Source: Desulfotalea psychrophila LSv54
GTDB taxonomy: Bacteria; Desulfobacterota; Desulfobulbia; Desulfobulbales; Desulfocapsaceae
Direction of reading: 5' to 3'
Assembly (NCBI RefSeq): GCF_000025945.1
Contig: NC_006138.1
Location: forward strand, 2,250,001-2,282,000
DNA: 32,000 nt
Both the position numbers and the translations under genes were made by a program. The notes beneath the pieces are model-generated. The model was not told where the DNA came from, ran no database searches, and was given only the letters and a program-made list of their open reading frames with translations. The first letter of the stretch is position 1, and each line of letters starts with the position of its first letter. Positions 18,701 to 25,438 of this stretch are shown in pieces.

Positions 18701-21700
18701 GGCCTGCCTCTGTTCTGAGAAGTTCAATCGCCAACTGGCGCAAAGACTCAACAGCCTTAACATACTCCTCCATCTTGTATTTCGAGCGACCGCCAGGTTT
18801 AGCAGGCACTTCATCACGGATAGACCGTACCGTGGCCACAATTTTAGGGCTGAACCCATCGGCCAGAAGCTTTTTATAATTGGGTGCGGGGAAGGCTTTG
18901 GAAAGAGGGACGGTGGCAGTATCAAGATGTTCTGCATCGGTCAGACTTCTTGTATAGAGATCTTTCTTGGCCCCGCCGATCTTCTCCCCAAAATCCTCTA
19001 TCTTCTCCTCTTTACCCTTCGGTGTGGATTTTGCAGCAGGCTTTGCAGACTCTTTTTTCTTGGCTTTTGCCTTTGCAGGGGATGTATCTTTACCTCCTTC
19101 AAGGGGAATAGGGTGCAAGCTGCCATCTCTGGCAGAAAGTTCCAGGCCTGATACCATAGAGGTTTTTCCCGAAAGAGAGATATCCCCCACATATTTTTCC
19201 CCTTCACCTTTTTGTAGATAGGCGATGGTTGCATGGGGCTGATAATCAGGAAAAGTTTCTCCTGGGAAAGAGGCCAGTTTACCCGCCTTCTCATTTGCAC
19301 CCACAAGACCGGCACTCTTTATCTCCACCTTCAATACATCGTATTTATCCGTTTCAAAAATAGAGACACGGCCAAGCTCAACGGAGAATGGCCCCAGGGT
19401 AGATAGCTCTTGCAACTCTTTTGTATCGTCGGCTTTAAGCCCATATCTTACCGTGATATGTGGGGCTGTCTCCCGCCCATAGCTAGGGTCTTTGGGATCT
19501 GTATAAAGCTCCTCCTCCGGGATTTTTTCACCGAAGGCAATAATATCCTTTGCTATAGGGCCGGGTAGAGAGGTCTGGATACTGGCGTAGCTGCTTTTAT
19601 GGGTCGGATCCTCCTTCTGTGGTTCCACCTGTGGAACCATTTCTGGGGTAGTAACCCGACCGGGAAACTCCTCTCGTTCATGTTTGGCCGGGTCGATGGT
19701 CGCCATTTCAGGCTTCTCTATAACTTGCTGGAATCCTTGTCGATCATACTTAATTGGATCAACCCTTGCCTGTTCAGGTTTCTCTACAGCCTGGGGAAAC
19801 TCTTTTCGCTCATGTGGGGCAGGTTTGACGTTTACCTTACCATTGGTCTTTACGGCCACTGCCGGGACGGTATCAAATTCATCAACTTCCAGAACCGAAC
19901 CCATGGCATTTCTGCCCTCGATAAGAAGTCTGTTTGTCTCGGGATCTCGGCCCCGGTGGACAAAAACTTCAGGGACACCATTTTGCATAGAGACAAATTG
20001 GTCGCCCTCCTTCAAATCACCGACAACAAGATCCCTTTCATCGGTAAGCTGAAACCCCTCCTGTTCTAACCTGTCAAACTGCACCGATTGAGCGACCATA
20101 GGATTTTTTGCATTGTATTCCTCGGCCACCGTCTTCAGGTATTCCCACCGTTCAAGCTGGGCATGGGTAAGGGGCTTGCCGCTACGAATCTTGCTCAAAA
20201 CCCTGTTAAATGTTTCCTGGCCCAATCTTACTTTTGTGCCATTTTTCTTATTGTACTCACCAACAATCTGCTGCTTAAACCATGGTGGGTAGGAAGATCC
20301 TGCTTCAACATCAGTACCGTCCTGAAGGCTCTTGTTTCTGCTAACATGCCCCCCTTTAACCTCCTGTTCCATCTCGTCAAGGGCGCGAAGATACTGTTGG
20401 TTTTCTATTTCTACCAGGGGATAATCGTTCCCCTCCCTCGTCGCTGAAATCATTTGAGGATTAGAAGCTCTCCCAGGAAAATCTTTCCGCTCCCATCCCT
20501 TCTCTCCACTAAAGGCCACCGCCATATCTACGGCCCTACGCGCATGCTGTTCGGGAGGGTTACGGGCCACACTCTTCTCAGGAGAAAGATGATTCTCTAA
20601 CTCAGCGGAGAAGGCAGCAATTGAATCCTGGCGAGGATGGGACGCAACACCCTCTGTCTGATAACGGGTATCCAGCCCAACGGCTCCCCGGTCAGAAAGA
20701 GAGGTGACATATTCCAATGCCCTCTGCTGTCTCCGGGTAAGACTCTGCCCATTTTTTACCTTACTGATAACAATATCCAGAAGAGGGCCGTTACCGGCAA
20801 GAGTACCGAGCTTTTTGCCGGTTTCCTGCTCATATTTTTTGATATTGTTTTTATCAAGGGCAGCAGAGCGCAGAGATTCAAGCTCCACACTGAATGGTTC
20901 GTTTGGCATCGGGAAGGCTACCTGCTCCCCGGGGGCCACCGGCTCTTTTTCCTCACCGGCAGCCAGGGTCTTACCAATCATGCCACTTGCCCCAATTTTT
21001 TCGGTTACCTCACCGGCGTAGCCGATTCCGGCAAACTTGGCATCAATATCAATGGGTAAACCCTGTGTTACCATCTCCTGGGCATGGTCAAGCCATGCAG
21101 CCGCCGCCGCCCGATCCTTCTCTTCCAGGGCGTTATAAATGGCATTAGCAGCCCCGGCCCTCTCAGCGGGGTCGGTCCCCGGATCTGCCAGGGCATCTTT
21201 TATCTTCTTATTTTGTCTGTCAGAATATTTTTCCGGGAGAACAGCATTAACCGAGCCAAACAGCCCACCACCTACCGCCCCTGCCGCCGCGCTGTTGATA
21301 TACTCCTTGATTGCCTCCTTATCAGTAAGCGAGACAGAGGGGTCATTATATTTTTCATTGAGTTTAGAGAGAAACGCCTGCAAAGTCTCCTGCACAGCTT
21401 CACCGGCCATCGACGCGGGGGTATGAGTAAGCAACCTGCCCTTAACCGTTTTCTGCAAACCGCCAAGAAAATTATCAGCAACTTCCCGGATCGCCTTACT
21501 ACCAGCACCCGTGGCCCCGGTAAGTCGTTTTAACAGAAATGCGCCGGGAGAAAGTAGTTCAGAGGCACCGGAGAGAAGACCGAAACCACCGGCTGAGAAG
21601 GGATTGGCCTTATCAATACCGTGTTTATTGGCCTCCTGGCCATACATTCCACCGCCCTCTAAAGCACCCATACCCATGGTCGTACCAAGGTTAAAACCAA

Positions 21701-22388
21701 TCTTCTTACCACGGGCGATAATGGCCTTTTCCGCCGCCTCCTCTGCAACCTCCCTAACCACCCCATTTTTTACCTGGGCCTCAATCGCCTCACGGATAAT
21801 TTTTTTACCAAGGGCAGGGGCAATTGCAGCACCGGCACCAACACCAGTGAGAGTACCGGCGATTGCCGTGGCCATGGTAGGAAAAAGTCTGCCCAATTGA
21901 CCTGTCACATAATCAAAGGTATCTTCTGCCACCCCGTGATTCTTGCCGATATCAAGAAAATTCTCGGTATCAAGAGGGTTTTCCGCAGCCTCTTCTTCAT
22001 TACGCTGAAACCCTTCATAGCCCCAATTACGAACATCTTTTAAAAATCCATCATTCCCGCCATTAAAAGTTTTGTTGATCGCGTCGGCAGCTAAAGCCGT
22101 GGCACCATAAATAGACCCCTGGGTTTGATCTACCCCCGACAGAAGACCACGCTCGAGGTTTGACCCTTCGGGAGCCTGTTGCTCAAGGGGAAGTTGTTCA
22201 ACAAGTTCAGGTTCCGGGGGAGCTTCCCAATCAGGATCATTAAACGAAAATTTCTCTGCTCTTTCCGGAGAGAGAAGGGTATTAACCTGCTCTTTTTTCC
22301 GGGCTTGCAACTCTTCTGCGCTAGGAACATTAAAATCAAGCTCTGCTTCAAGTAAATCTTCTGGGAATCCGATATTATTATCTGCCAT
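12798..22388 (-). CDS. Giant polyvalent protein (3196 aa): 2H phosphoesterase + zincin + PRTase + second zincin + hydrophobic C-terminal region; probable virion-packaged/injected protein
   Basis: A single uninterrupted 9.6-kb ORF. AAGGA lies 8 nt upstream of the ATG at 22388. Domain motifs are listed as separate features. The KIEDFGEKIGGAKKD linker motif and the multi-enzyme architecture match what I recall of polyvalent proteins of phages/ICEs. Confidence 0.85.
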   Translation of the reverse strand: MADNNIGFPEDLLEAELDFNVPSAEELQARKKEQVNTLLSPERAEKFSFNDPDWEAPPEPELVEQLPLEQQAPEGSNLERGLLSGVDQTQGSIYGATALAADAINKTFNGGNDGFLKDVRNWGYEGFQRNEEEAAENPLDTENFLDIGKNHGVAEDTFDYVTGQLGRLFPTMATAIAGTLTGVGAGAAIAPALGKKIIREAIEAQVKNGVVREVAEEAAEKAIIARGKKIGFNLGTTMGMGALEGGGMYGQEANKHGIDKANPFSAGGFGLLSGASELLSPGAFLLKRLTGATGAGSKAIREVADNFLGGLQKTVKGRLLTHTPASMAGEAVQETLQAFLSKLNEKYNDPSVSLTDKEAIKEYINSAAAGAVGGGLFGSVNAVLPEKYSDRQNKKIKDALADPGTDPAERAGAANAIYNALEEKDRAAAAAWLDHAQEMVTQGLPIDIDAKFAGIGYAGEVTEKIGASGMIGKTLAAGEEKEPVAPGEQVAFPMPNEPFSVELESLRSAALDKNNIKKYEQETGKKLGTLAGNGPLLDIVISKVKNGQSLTRRQQRALEYVTSLSDRGAVGLDTRYQTEGVASHPRQDSIAAFSAELENHLSPEKSVARNPPEQHARRAVDMAVAFSGEKGWERKDFPGRASNPQMISATREGNDYPLVEIENQQYLRALDEMEQEVKGGHVSRNKSLQDGTDVEAGSSYPPWFKQQIVGEYNKKNGTKVRLGQETFNRVLSKIRSGKPLTHAQLERWEYLKTVAEEYNAKNPMVAQSVQFDRLEQEGFQLTDERDLVVGDLKEGDQFVSMQNGVPEVFVHRGRDPETNRLLIEGRNAMGSVLEVDEFDTVPAVAVKTNGKVNVKPAPHERKEFPQAVEKPEQARVDPIKYDRQGFQQVIEKPEMATIDPAKHEREEFPGRVTTPEMVPQVEPQKEDPTHKSSYASIQTSLPGPIAKDIIAFGEKIPEEELYTDPKDPSYGRETAPHITVRYGLKADDTKELQELSTLGPFSVELGRVSIFETDKYDVLKVEIKSAGLVGANEKAGKLASFPGETFPDYQPHATIAYLQKGEGEKYVGDISLSGKTSMVSGLELSARDGSLHPIPLEGGKDTSPAKAKAKKKESAKPAAKSTPKGKEEKIEDFGEKIGGAKKDLYTRSLTDAEHLDTATVPLSKAFPAPNYKKLLADGFSPKIVATVRSIRDEVPAKPGGRSKYKMEEYVKAVESLRQLAIELLRTEAGQGLITEDFWDAMPQEIAGRAELYEIHGHERSLKGITFSKIHWSLYKGRENVDMWMIQQKAPANVYSNFKTLADGETKEKALANFVPVYKALGEKKAVDKKVKFTVYNYRTDPKNIWIGKKVGGSHLDLKSFPNAAEARTYLKEHYDELVKELELRKYTPDHRRKSNEERIGENHRQGKDVSPEMFQEAFNFKGVEFGNWVKASGERQMALNNAFDGLYDLANLLGIPPRAISLNGELSLAFGARGSGGKNAAMAHYEPGKVVINLTRKSGAGSLAHEWWHALDNHFGARDAGAERGGYYMTAEVFAGKNNGGEKVRTEVVAAFNNLMAKINGTKLYERSAELDKKRTKKYWGTEIEMSARSFESYIIEQNRAKGYLNDYLANIVTSDVYMENLLAKLANSIREGDSKEPDSYPYLKEDELKTVGPAFTDLFKTLKSKETEKGTLLYSRSSVTPWPQTLEKATVHTNPSTLRSHPDFKAAKAGDFDAAVRLVESLMKPAKIKELAAKYPDAIVVPVHELEEEGVNFIPVAMADQFGKAGLSAQLSIHQISKTKRRRLKGSSRILARKLFKGPVVKGGKYIILDDMLTQGGTIHELRHYIANNGGEVVAISSLASVQGGTIVGIKETTINQLIRKFGREKLETVLQQFDISGTIEALTNSEGNYVLKYGSVESLRNALIKGESDLRQKTSTRAESEYQNSGLTPATLQAELNKAVGRSTISRMIRTGTLSILSTQKEAQEIIAGLQGEPYYSVRTNPTPLKTKIDIFYSQNGFIQGFTVANKTYLVADSIAQGKGQDVLHHEVGVHLNHLLLADKEFQTLKRSVLRRKNSNTPTGAAIRKAINRVPKDTPLEHYAEEVIAYLVEDTAQIGLVRRFLARVKALLIRFLGAEFVNSLTAADLKAMAGAALRTNQKKNNNDAIRYSHAKIDKEQEPGEKYFHDSVTETGKGYLEKIDQIKNKPSPADMNFMEKILSAPEKFFKKSGATSRMFMAQLERRDEKFSMEEDILQDFVTTFQKAKKEDNATYEQANNYLLDVDQSGNSFKVKRQMAWLVKTPDDTVLGYTDTQLQAYELSAKHLKEQQARGKYKDKVRPNYNTEKSERFHVMDPKGVLLEVFTEEASANAAIIEFEQKSPRVQKLSENSRLLISSFRKMTNRAFDWMVADLRKILSRANEAGLDEPTVALVDESRRWALYKNGKRVAEFGDKVVAQAAGTRHHQLKRQRDNEIRKEMSLAELIAEMGDLRGAYFPRQRQSGGVILWATKEGQPSIMKKYDFYAVDSYALNNETGEIKQGRSASWFIKKLFNTATGFLPFVETLEKDGRNLKKRGYHVEAKKDQSTPESVFDAMQLVSSLDALLQEAVTKGGINDTPAISQEINKLLSMNLAEIFKGRGYLSSRIARSTKYVKGFEEDMLLAGTQYARGLSAGFAKKNAARKMIEALAGRDISFTEFKNGRSADKSWEAYSKFVEKRRLNPTRQKNLYGEAISWMREVLRNEEQVDRVMGTLKGLAVIKFLGFRVSSAAVNATNMVQAVPAIISAETGCGLSKALSVIRRAPVDYGKYLRDSRKAPGEKRLLSDKERQIFLDISARGWDEAQFNQENASVLQSKVGRRWQIFNEYAMKLFGAVEKTNRAVSIYAAYKKLLEQTSLSREEAMHKAKSISDSAHGIYGKATMPAWTRGSYNPAKLLYTFQKFSHNYALNMIDLGLKGNIKESAYMLLSPAVLAGAGASLATPVLAAFAGALGFADGDDPEERFYTWAERTFGGERFLRHGLAGLAGVNLKGSLQLNNPMPRTLAEVFGAPGAIFTDTARGIKHLGRGELSKGAEAMLPTAFGSMSKAVREAAEGVTTGSYSPVYYGTEPLKADGFDATVRFFSFNPARISGIREKQWHEKKVAKRMQERRTEINSLIKKIYLYQKGTPAELFKEISRYNELAHGIGRVDIRPINPGRQIRLVLKRAQRATKLERSRSNE
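16060..16436 (-). other. Zincin-like module 2 of the giant protein (HEVGVH)
   Basis: DVLHHEVGVHLNHLL (HExxH at aa 2028-2032, first His codon at 16307-16305) with downstream EHYAEEVIAYLVED. Only the motif is seen. The fold is not verified. Confidence 0.45.
16780..17290 (-). other. Type-I phosphoribosyltransferase (ComF-like) module of the giant protein
   Basis: PRPP-binding loop signature GGKYIILDDMLTQGGTIHEL (Asp1811-Asp1812, nt 16958-16953), preceded by RRLKGSSRILARKLFKGPV as in ComF/GntX-type PRTases. Confidence 0.7.
17604..18125 (-). other. Zincin-like metallopeptidase module 1 of the giant protein (HEWWH)
   Basis: GVEFGNWV...LAFGARGSGGKNAAMAHYEPGKVVINLTRKSGAGSLAHEWWHALDNH (HExxH at aa 1505-1509, nt 17876-17862), with a downstream acidic helix TEIEMSARSFESYI as a possible third ligand. 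Confidence 0.65.
19100..19570 (-). other. 2H phosphoesterase (LigT/cyclic-nucleotide phosphodiesterase-like) domain of the giant protein
   Basis: Two HxT motifs lie 75 aa apart: APHITVRYGL (His977, codon at 19460-19458) and QPHATIAYL (His1052, codon at 19235-19233). Confidence 0.75.
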
Positions 22389-22531
22389 TATTTTTTCCTT
22401 AAAAAAAATAAAAGTTTGCCGGTCTGGACAATGCTTCTGCCCAAGTCAGGCCGCAGATAGTCTCTGAAAGAGGTTCTTTGGAGCCAACCTAAGAGATAGG
22501 AAGGGAGTATACAACAATTTATATAATACTA

Positions 22532-22561
22532 AGAATACACTATATCTAAGCACTCTTGCAA
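22532..22561 (-). promoter_or_regulatory. Possible sigma70-like promoter for the giant gene
   Basis: On the minus strand: TTGCAA (22561-22556), an 18-nt spacer, then TATTCT (22537-22532). It lies in the AT-rich 178-nt gap upstream of the giant ORF. Confidence 0.25.
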
Positions 22562-22566
22562 ATCGG

Positions 22567-23844
22567 CTATTTCTGTGGTCGCTTCAACCCTGCTATCGGA
22601 ATTTCTTCTGCCATACCGTTTTTTACTCCGATAAGACGCTCTCCCGGCTGTCCATTTGCATCTGTATACTCCTGCATCGTAATTTTTTCATAATTTGCAG
22701 AGTTATCAGTACCTAAAAGAAAACTGAGCTTTTTCTGAATTGCTTTCTTTTTGCCCGCATTTTTCTCTTCAAGAAATTGTTTTTGCAGAAGCATCGCAGT
22801 AGATAACTGCTCATTTGATAAACCTCTTGAAGTAGCTAAAGCATCGTTGGCAGCAAAAGAACCCTGTGCGGTAAGGGCCCTTGTTCTGTTCAGGCCAACC
22901 CCATTTTGCCGATTGACTAGATTTGTTCGCATATTGTTCTCAGATAAAGTTTGATTTGTTCTCATATTATTCTTGCCAGTAACCCCGGTAGTCCTCACGT
23001 TATTACGCTCTGCACTAGCCAAGCTTTCCCGATTGGCCTTGTTCTGGTACAAAAGACCGTTGAGCATTTGTCGCTCTTTCCATGGCATATTAGGATGAGT
23101 TTTACGGGTAAAAAGTTTTTCCTTCTCTTTTTGGTTCCTCTTCAACCATGAATAATTGGGAGTAATAATTTTTCCGGGGGATTGTGCTCTCTGTCTCTGC
23201 GCGGGAGCATAACCCGTTGGTCGCATAAACCTTGCCACGGTAGGGCTCATCTCGCTCCTGTTGTGCATGGTAGCTTGTCCATAGCCACCATCTTGCTGGT
23301 TAATAGTAAAAGTACGCTCTCCCTGCGCATTAACTCCACGTTGGATACTTGGCTGTCCCTCTCCTCTGCCCACTACCCCGGCAGGATTGGAGGGATTGGC
23401 GAGGTTAGCGTTCGCGGCAAGGGTCGCCTCTTGGTTCGCAGTAGTCGATGGGCCTAACTCAGCTGGTCGCTGGTTCACTACCCCGGCCACGCCTTGAGGC
23501 AATTGACCAAAATTCCGTAACCGTTGCTGCGGAGCCACCGTTGCCATGCTTGAAGGGAGAGGTGTTTGTACCCCCATCTCGTTAGCAATGCCCCTGCCCT
23601 TACTATTTATCCGGTTGAGGTTAATGTCATAGCTTTCCGCACCACGGCTATAGGCTTTGCTTATCCCGTCAACCCCCGACTGTAACGCAGTACCCCCGGT
23701 AGACATTACCGCTGGATCTATAATATCTTTCTTGATAGCACCACCCATTCGACGCGCCCCGTTGACAATACGGGCCTCGGCCCCTGTCTGCATAGCGTTT
23801 AAAGGCCGTTTTTTTCGAACATCTTCAATCGTTGCTAGAGCCAT
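22567..23844 (-). CDS. Hypothetical phage protein, Asn/Gln/Gly/Arg-rich low-complexity (possible internal virion/ejection protein)
   Basis: The start was moved to ATG 23844 (MALATIEDV), with AGGAGG 7 nt upstream. The composition is low-complexity, with repeated NN[VM]RT motifs. No enzymatic motif was recognised. Confidence 0.6.
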   Translation of the reverse strand: MALATIEDVRKKRPLNAMQTGAEARIVNGARRMGGAIKKDIIDPAVMSTGGTALQSGVDGISKAYSRGAESYDINLNRINSKGRGIANEMGVQTPLPSSMATVAPQQRLRNFGQLPQGVAGVVNQRPAELGPSTTANQEATLAANANLANPSNPAGVVGRGEGQPSIQRGVNAQGERTFTINQQDGGYGQATMHNRSEMSPTVARFMRPTGYAPAQRQRAQSPGKIITPNYSWLKRNQKEKEKLFTRKTHPNMPWKERQMLNGLLYQNKANRESLASAERNNVRTTGVTGKNNMRTNQTLSENNMRTNLVNRQNGVGLNRTRALTAQGSFAANDALATSRGLSNEQLSTAMLLQKQFLEEKNAGKKKAIQKKLSFLLGTDNSANYEKITMQEYTDANGQPGERLIGVKNGMAEEIPIAGLKRPQK

Positions 23845-23878
23845 TGTGCCCCTCCTTATTGTTTCATAATTACGCAAT

Positions 23879-25438
23879 TTACGTTGGTGACTGATTAAAT
23901 TTTGAATTATATGCACCAATGCTTATATCAGAAACATGCTTGCCAGGATAAAGCGCAGGTATCTCTGTTTCTATAATAGCAAGCAATTTTGCTTGAAATC
24001 CTGGCACATCGTTGTGCGAAATCAAATCTTCACAAGCTGAACGAGTAGCTAAAAATTCATATGGATAAACCAAACCGCCAGTAGGAGAGACATTCAGCCA
24101 CACCTTGTCAGGATCTCTTATATACCTGTTCGATATACGAGCCTCTACCTGTAGATCGCCCCTTATAATTGTAACTTCTGACGTTTTAGTTTGTTCATCT
24201 TTTGTAATAAATTCCGTGTAGCTACTCGGTGCCCAAATAATTTTACAGATAAAACCAACACCCACCGCCAATGCACCAGAAACATAAGAATCAGGTACTT
24301 CAGTCCTGATATAATAACCAATATCATCATTATATTCAGTATAGTGAGGAATCCCATTATCAAGATTGGTTTTCTCAAAGGTGGTTTCGTAACGAGAAGA
24401 AAAAGACCTTTCTGACATATAGCTATTAACGCTTATTGTTCTAATCGTCTTTGTAGTCCAACGAGTATAATCATCGCTGTACCAACCATCTCGCGTTGTT
24501 ATTAGTGTATTCCCGGGCACAACCGTTAAAACATCGGCTGGCGCGTTGTTATATGTCACAACACTATCTTTTGTAACAGTGTAATCAAGTCGTGAATATT
24601 CAAAATGCCAATGATCCCGTGGAAACCAAATACAATCACCCGCTGGAATAAATTTGTTTTGATTTAAGGTTGTTATAGAAGAATTGTAGGCATAACCGGC
24701 AGGGTCAATTGAAACACTTGTTCCAGAGAAGATCACACGCTCCTGAAGACTATCAGTACCATAATTATTATCTAATTCTATCTGTTTAGAGAATAACCTT
24801 TTGTTAGAACCAGCTATATAATAGTCTTCCCATACAATTTCATCTACAGAGAGAAACATATCATTTGTAGGGTCGTAATAATAATTAACCCTAATAGGGA
24901 AGTTGTCTTTTTGGCTCAGATCAAATATGATTATAAAAATCTCAATCGCAGGTTTTAAGCATGTCTTCGTTTTTATGGGTAACGTTTCCTCTTGGTCTGT
25001 ACCGGGAGATACCACATAATAAAAGCTACTAATTCCATCGTCATAATAAACACATTGAGCGTAAACCTTATCTTCAAAAGCCATCTTTCCTGTCTCGTTA
25101 AGCAACTCAAGACGGTTAAGATATCTTTGCCCTTCCCCTGTCTTTGTTTGAAGCCACAACACAAAAAATTCACAATGATAAAGAACAGGCATCTGTTGAA
25201 GGTTAACACCCACCATCTGTTCTACAGTTAAACCAAACTGCTCCAAAGCCCTTATGGTGCCACTCTTCTCCGGGTCAGAACTTCTGTCTACCAGAACAGT
25301 AAAAAGGGTGAGCTTGTTCACATCAAAGCTTTCCGGAGCAACGGTAAATCCTTGATCTTCGGCAAGTTCAGGATCAAGAATAGAAAAATATGTATTGGTA
25401 TCTATTATCATCTGCAAGGCCTGTTTTTGAAAACCCAT
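23879..25438 (-). CDS. Hypothetical phage protein, Tyr/Asn/Thr/Asp-rich, AT-rich gene (tail fibre/receptor-binding candidate)
   Basis: 519-aa ORF. An alternative start at ATG 25411 forms an ATGA overlap with the upstream stop. The composition is beta-rich and no motif was recognised. Confidence 0.55.
   Translation of the reverse strand: MGFQKQALQMIIDTNTYFSILDPELAEDQGFTVAPESFDVNKLTLFTVLVDRSSDPEKSGTIRALEQFGLTVEQMVGVNLQQMPVLYHCEFFVLWLQTKTGEGQRYLNRLELLNETGKMAFEDKVYAQCVYYDDGISSFYYVVSPGTDQEETLPIKTKTCLKPAIEIFIIIFDLSQKDNFPIRVNYYYDPTNDMFLSVDEIVWEDYYIAGSNKRLFSKQIELDNNYGTDSLQERVIFSGTSVSIDPAGYAYNSSITTLNQNKFIPAGDCIWFPRDHWHFEYSRLDYTVTKDSVVTYNNAPADVLTVVPGNTLITTRDGWYSDDYTRWTTKTIRTISVNSYMSERSFSSRYETTFEKTNLDNGIPHYTEYNDDIGYYIRTEVPDSYVSGALAVGVGFICKIIWAPSSYTEFITKDEQTKTSEVTIIRGDLQVEARISNRYIRDPDKVWLNVSPTGGLVYPYEFLATRSACEDLISHNDVPGFQAKLLAIIETEIPALYPGKHVSDISIGAYNSKFNQSPT

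Noticed and set aside
12909-21900. About 30 plus-strand ORFs of 60-207 aa (for example 18528-19151, 19599-20069, 21084-21533) lying inside the giant minus-strand gene
   Set aside because: All are antisense shadows of one continuous 9.6-kb ORF that has recognisable enzyme motifs. Their translations are low-complexity or Pro/Ser/Leu/Arg-rich and have no RBS context.
12798-22388. The idea that the giant protein is a virion RNA polymerase (N4-like or crAss-like)
   Set aside because: I looked for T7-like motifs (Rx3Kx6-7YG, catalytic D...D pairs in context) and for a DxDGD-type DPBB motif. The only hit is ADGDD (nt ~13464-13480), which sits in a Gly/Ala-rich hydrophobic tail. There is no supporting context, and I cannot exclude the idea without profile searches.
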